A DNA stretch of 64,000 nucleotides, from NCBI GenBank assembly GCA_002269645.1, contig NIVC01000073.1, positions 434,001-498,000 on the forward strand, in the 5' to 3' direction. The position numbers and the translations under genes are program-made. Below the pieces are notes generated by a model. It was not told the DNA's origin and did no database searches. It worked only from the letters and a program-made list of their open reading frames with translations. The stretch is from Macrostomum lignano. Lineage: Eukaryota. Of the stretch, positions 52,946 through 64,000 are shown in pieces. Each line of letters opens with the position of its first letter. Position 1 is the stretch's first letter.

Positions 52946-54136
52946 CAACAGATATCCCAGTTAATTTCCTGTTAAGCCAAAATCGACCTAGCACAAGCAA
53001 TAGTAGCAACATATTAAGCAGGCCAGCAATTTTGTGCAAAACGAGCAATTCGGACAAAGGAAAGCCCATTAATGGGTTAAATTCTAACAGCTAATTGAAT
53101 CGAAAGTTAGCAAGAAAAGAAGAATAAAAAGCATTCTTGCGACGATAAAAGCAAAATTGACAATAGATAGAAAGCATGCAAGGAATCCGCCCGCCGTAGA
53201 ACGCCAACTGTAGTGGGGTTTGGGTAAAAGAATATAAGGATAATAAAACTCCGCTGGACAAGTTAGGAAATTTCAGCAAAAAAGAAATTGGCTACCATGC
53301 CAACCCGGTAAAGACTTTTAACATAATTTGATCCAAGTAACAGAAAGTGGTTTTCAAAGAAAACACGGAAGGGTGACCGCTTATGAAGTAAAAGGACAAA
53401 GCGTACTTTTATTGAATAGAATAGACGACAATGTACAGACCATGCCGGCAATGTGCAAAATTCAGAATTTAAAAGAAATTTCATTTTCAACCGAATAAAC
53501 TACTTACATTGTAAAATGATAAGTAGTATAAATATAAAATTAAAAAACAAGGATTGCGAATAGACGAACAAAGAGTACTTCTGAATTCGGGCAGTTTTGC
53601 ATTTCTCCAGCGTAGCACACAATAAACTAAATTGCGTATAGAATAAAAAACTTTAAAACAAAAGCAGATTAGCAGACCGAGATTTAGGCGGAACAACACG
53701 TGTTCAAAGGAACACGCATACAAATAGAGGTGGGAGAAGAGAGGAGCAACAGTTGAACGTTTGAGTTAAATTAAAAAGCAAATAAATAAGCAAATTATAA
53801 AAACATGGTACATATCAATTATATTGGTAATAAAACACAAAAGCGAAATGTGTGTGGAAAATAATTTACAAGACTACTGCAGCTTCTAGTTTACACGTTC
53901 CAGATGCATTCTAAGAACAAATTATTTTTATTGTTGTTGTTTGATTAAACTAGTTAATTTAATTCAATTTAAACAAAGCAGCGCGGAAGTGCTTATGTTA
54001 CAAAATAAACAAATAGGCAGGCATATGGGTAAGCATAAATTATCAAATTGATCTCTCAAAAGACCTGTATGCATATAGAAATATCCAGTTGTTGTCATTC
54101 TACAAAGAAACTGTTTGCACAGTCAGCAAGCACAGT

Positions 54137-59164
<5,028 letters not shown>

Positions 59165-59184
59165 TCAGACGCCAGTTTCGCTTA

Positions 59185-59978
59185 GATGACTGAGTAGCGT
59201 GGCTCAGATGACTAAGCAGTGTGGCTCAGATGACTGAGCAGTGGGGCTCAGATGACTGAGTATGGTGGCTCATGGCTAAGCAGTGTGGCTCAGATGACTG
59301 AGTATGGTGGCTCATGACTAAGCAGTGTGGCTCAGATGATTGAGTATGGTGGCTCATGGCTAAGCAGTGTGGCTCAGATGACTGAGTATGGTGGCTCATG
59401 ACTAAGCAGTGGGGCTCAGATGACTGAATATCGTGGCTCATGACTAAGCAGTGGGGCTTAGATGACTGAGTATGGTGGCTCATGGCTAAGCAGTGTGGCT
59501 CAGATGACTGAGCAGTGGGGCTCAGATGACTGAGTATGGTGGCTCATGGCTAAGCAGTGTGGCTCAGATGACTGAGTATGGTGGCTCATGACTAAGCAGT
59601 GTGGCTCAGATGATTGAGTATGGTGGCTCATGGCTAAGCAGTGTGGCTCAGATGACTGAGTATGGTGGCTCATGACTAAGCAGTGGGGCTCAGATGACTG
59701 AATATCGTGGCTCATGACTAAGCAGTGGGGCTTAGATGACTGAGTATGGTGGCTCATGGCTAAGCAGTGTGGCTCAGATGACTGAGTATGGTGGCTCATG
59801 GCTAAGCAGTGGGGCTCAGATGACTGAGTATGGTGGATCATGGCTAAGCAGTGTGGCTCAGATGACTGAGTATGGTGGATCATGGCTAAGCAGTGTGGCT
59901 CAGATGACTGAGTATGGTGGCTCATGGCTAAGCAGTGTGGCTCAGATGACTGAGTATGGTGGCTCATGGCTAAGCAGT
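59185..59978. repeat. 42-bp dimeric (22+20) minisatellite in Ena intron 1
   Basis: CTCAGATGACTGAGTATGGTGG plus CTCATGGCTAAGCAGTGTGG. Confidence 0.95.
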
Positions 59979-60839
59979 TAAATATTTTTTTAAAATTAAA
60001 AAAGATTACCAAATCAACCTTATTAATACTCGTACTTACTTATTGAAACTTTTCACTATGAAACTAAACTAAACTGAACTAAGAAGATCCTTAATATATA
60101 TAAATTAAGCTTTATAAGGTTTTAACCTAAAGCTATAGCTAGTTAGAGGAACTCAGATTATCAAAATTGAGCTTCATAACTATGAGAATATTAAATTAAT
60201 AATTGAATTGGCATTTATTATTATGAGCGTAAAAGCAGTATTTTGTATTTTAATAACTACCTAGCATATTAATACATCAAATGCCAAATGCCCATAGCAG
60301 AGAAAAAGAATGCTAGCTTTATTAGGTATATTTGCCTGAAATTTACTTAGCTTTATTTGGTATTTTGGAAAAAGTAGTACATTTTGGAAAAAGGTAGTGG
60401 TTAAGAGATAAAGGGAGTGCCAGAGAGGGGGGAGAGGCTAAGCCCCCGTCCCCTGTTAACCCACAGGTTCCTATATGGCCTCCAACTTAGTTTTTTTACT
60501 TTGGAGTTGCCAAAGAAATATTTTTTCCTATTTTGGAATTTTCATTTTAGAAACAAACAAGTTTTTATATAAGCACAAGCTATTGAAACCCACAGATTTT
60601 GAACCTGTGGAATTCCAATCCCAGGAACAATTTTTGCATGTATTCTAAAATCTGAAATCATACTCAAACAAGACTTGTTAATAGTTAGGATAGAGGTAAA
60701 AAAATGGAATTAAATTGTGTAAAATTAATATTTAAGGCAAGCACTGATCTCATTGGCTTGGATATTGCGCAGAATATCAGGCAATGTCTTTTTAAAACAT
60801 GTATTAGCAAACTCTGACCTCTTGTCTCTGCTTCTTTCT

Positions 60840-61870
60840 ATGATAGGTCCTTAGAAACTTATCTTCTTTTCTGTTTCCTCTCTCTCTTTCTTTCTTCTCT
60901 TCTTTCCTATTTCTTCTTTTTTTCTCTTCCTTTTCTTTTGTCTCTTATTTCACGTTTCTAATTTTGGTTCTCTACTTTTTTCCCACTTTCTCTTTTCTCT
61001 TTTCATTTCCCTTTGCTTTTTACTCTCTTCTCTCCCCACTTTTCATTCTTCACTCTTCTCTCTCAACACTTCCCTCTTTTCTCCTTTCTATTTCCATGCT
61101 CTCATTTCTTATTTCTCCTATTATCTCAATACTTTCTCTTCTTTTATCTCAATCTTTTTTTCTATCTATTCCTTCCTGTCTCATCTTTTCTCTCTTATCT
61201 CTAAGCTGTATTCTCCTTTCAATTCTTTCAACTTAACTCACTACTTTCTCTCTTCTCCTCTCTTCTCTTTTCTTTACTTTTTTCTTGTCCTCTTAATTCT
61301 CCCCTTTATCTCTTCTCCTTACTCCACTGCTTTCTCCCATTGTCCTTCCTTTCTACTCTCACAATTTTTCTCTTTCCTCTAATCTCTGTAATTAGCTCTG
61401 TAATTAGAATTGTTCTCCTCTCTTTCTTTTTGCCTTTGTAATCTTTTCTTTTTTCTCTCTCCTCTATTCTTTTTATTCTCATATCTCATTTTATTCTTTC
61501 ATCTTTTTTTCCTTTCATATTTCCCATCTTACTCCTCTTTTCTTTTATCTTTCTTTCTTTTCTTCAATTATCTTTTTTTCTTCTCTTATTTTCGCTCTTT
61601 TCCCTACTCTCCTTTCTCTTGTCTTATCTTTCCTTTCTTCTCTGCTTGCTTGTCTCCTCTTTAATCACTCTTTTCTCCTTTTTTACTTTAAAATCTTTAC
61701 TTTCTTTTATTTCCTTTCAACTTTTTTCATTCTTATCTATTCACTTCTTTCTTATATTATCTTTATTATCTCTTCTTATTCTTACCTCTCCTTTTTTATC
61801 CTGCTTTTCTTGTTTCTTGTTTCTCTTTTCTATCTTTTTTTCCTTTTTTCTCCCTTTTTTCTCTTCTTAT
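60840..61870. repeat. About 1-kb pyrimidine-rich (C/T) low-complexity tract
   Basis: Almost G-free on the + strand. Confidence 0.9.
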
Positions 61871-62478
61871 AATAATACAAAAAAAAATATATAAAATATT
61901 TTGATTCTAAATAACCAAAAGTTTTATGATAAAAAGCTATTAAACAAAGTAAAGATGCAATTAAATATATTTATCTTAAAGTTTATTTAGCTTTCAATTA
62001 AAAAAGCTTCAAATTACAAAATAAAACAATTCAACAAAGAGTAAAAATTTTTTTTGAAATACTTTTCAATGAAAATTTGCTTTTATTTAGTTTTATAATA
62101 ATTAAAAACCTCAATTTAAGATTTTGCCCTTTAGTTGTTATTGCCCCCTATTGTGGACACTTATTTGATCCTCTAGATACTTTTTTGGACATTCTTTTAT
62201 CAATTAGGTTCATTTTTACAGGAGACAAGGTATGAAATTTTGGAAATTATACCTTATGCCCAATTTTGAAATACAATTTAAAGGTTTAAAATGCAATTTC
62301 TCTTAGGCCTATTAAATAACGCTATCCTTATAAAAGGAAAATCAGTTATGAGACCATACCTAAACTATAGTTTAATTTTTTTAATTTTTATATGCAATTT
62401 CAAAGTGTATACTCTACTATATATACACAAAAACCCAAGCTGCACCTATCTTATTTTATTATTGCTTATATAGGCTAT

Positions 62479-64000
62479 TGTCGCGACTTTCCTAGTCATT
62501 TCTTTAGTTCACCTTCACTTGTCTCTGTTTACTCCGTTTTCTCTCTCTCTGTCTAGCTCAATCTTGTTATTCTTATCTCTCTCTCTCCCTTGCTGCCTTC
62601 TGATTGGTTCTCCATTCTCGCCTCTCTCTTCAGTCGCGCACTTCACCCCTCTCCTTATTATCTGGAGTCAACCCCCCTCTAAATTAGTCATATAAATATA
62701 CTTGTTTGGGCCCTGCGCCCACTTACTGGCGTATCTTAGTATTCAATTTAACATCTAATTTAGTTCTAGTGTTTTTAGTCTTATTTTCTCTACATGGCGC
62801 CCAATGTGGGGCTAGTTTAGTTTAGTTAGTATTTTCTCTACATGGCGCCCAATGTGGGGCTAGTTTAGTTTAGTTAGTATTTTTTCTACATGGCGCCCAA
62901 TGAAAAATAATTCAGTCAATGCAGTAAGGCTGGCAAAGGCCATGCCATCGTCGTTGTCGTAGCCCTACACCAGTCATCTCGTCATCCCGTCATCGACTCC
63001 TAATCGTCTCGTCTCTGCTTACCGGCCTCTCAATCGTCTCGTCTCTGGTTGCCGGCCTCTCAATCGTCTCGTTGCCGGCCTCTCAATCGTCTCGTTGCCG
63101 GCCTCTCAATCGTCTCGTTGCCGGCCTCTCAATCGTCTCGTCTCTGGTTGCCGGCCTCAATCGTCTCGTCTCTGGTTGCCGGCCTCTCAATCGTCTCGTC
63201 TCTGGTTGCCGGCCTCTCAATCGTCTCGTCTGCCGGCCTCTCAATCGTCTCATCTCTGGTTGCCGGTCTCGTCTTCGGAGTCGGTGCCGGCAGCATATTC
63301 ACATTTCAACTCGGGCTGTCGGTCTCGTCTTCGGAGTCGGTGCCGGCAGCATATTCGCATTTCAACTCGGGCTGTCGGTCTCGTCTTCGGAGTCGGTGCC
63401 GGCGGCATATTCACAATTCAACTCGGGCCGTCGTCACGTCTTCGGAGTCGGTGTCGGCAGTCAATCTCACCGGTCTTTGTCAAACTTTCTTCACTCGGTC
63501 CCCTCCTCTCTTGTCAGTGTCTCCAGTTGTCTCTAGTCGTCTCCAGTTGTTCTTTTCATCAACTTGATTCTCATCTCATCTCATCTCTCTCATCTCAGCT
63601 CTCTTACTCAACTGACAATGTTAATGTTTTCTCTAAACTGTACTAGCCATTTACAATTAAAAATTGCTAATTTTTAAGGGGGAGGGTGGATATATTTAGT
63701 CTTTTCAGTCTTCTCATTGGTTCAAAAACTACTCAATAAAAATCTAAGTTTAAAATTCGGTCTAAATAATTTGCATTCGCTCTACTGTTTTTGTATTCAA
63801 ATTCTTAGTCATTATGTATTTTTCAAATCGTTTTATACACCATTTATTGTGAATGTGTTTTTCAATTTAATTCGACCTAATTCTAACTCATTAATTTCAA
63901 TTGGTAATGGTACTCGAAAATTCAAAAAATGTTCCATTTTTTGGGGGGAGTGTCGCGACTTTCCTAGTCATTTCTTTAGTTCACCTTCACTTGTCTCTGT
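62479..64000 (+). mobile_element. Small non-autonomous LTR retroelement (TRIM-like); the 3' LTR runs off the window
   Basis: 5' LTR TG(62479)..CA(62794), 316 bp. PBS TGGCGCCCAATGTGGGGC at 62795-62812. About 1.15 kb of non-coding interior, then PPT GGGGGGAG and a 3' LTR from 63951 whose 50 visible bases are identical to the 5' LTR. Confidence 0.88.

Noticed and set aside
63049-63646. ORFs inside the TRIM-like element as gag remnants
   Set aside because: They are translations of 30- and 56-bp repeats with no retroviral motifs.

Overview
This is a eukaryotic, intron-rich animal genomic window. The AT-rich introns, Ala/Ser/Gln-rich exons, GT-AG introns, TTAGGG repeats and very high minisatellite load suggest a free-living flatworm such as Macrostomum (inference only). 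Seven spliced host genes were reconstructed by hand with compatible splice phases: PPP5C (5' exon only), OTUD3, ASPSCR1/TUG (11 exons), an orphan class A GPCR, a claudin-like tetraspan protein, a DEG/ENaC channel and Ena/VASP. There is also one uncertain two-exon ORF with weak TIMP/NTR-like spacing and a tRNA-Arg(CCT). Mobile DNA comprises a 7.7-kb Mutator (MULE) element with an 8-bp TSD and an intron-containing PHD-FLYWCH-DDE transposase, a 3-kb CACTA/EnSpm-like element nested inside it, a dead Ty3/gypsy element, two tRNA-derived SINE families, MITEs, and a small non-coding LTR element (TRIM-like) with a triplicated tRNA-Lys primer-binding site. Nearly every long intron carries its own unrelated minisatellite. 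Many of these share a CAGAT core, and unit lengths cluster near multiples of about 10.5 bp. Most long ORFs in the supplied track are artefacts of these repeats.
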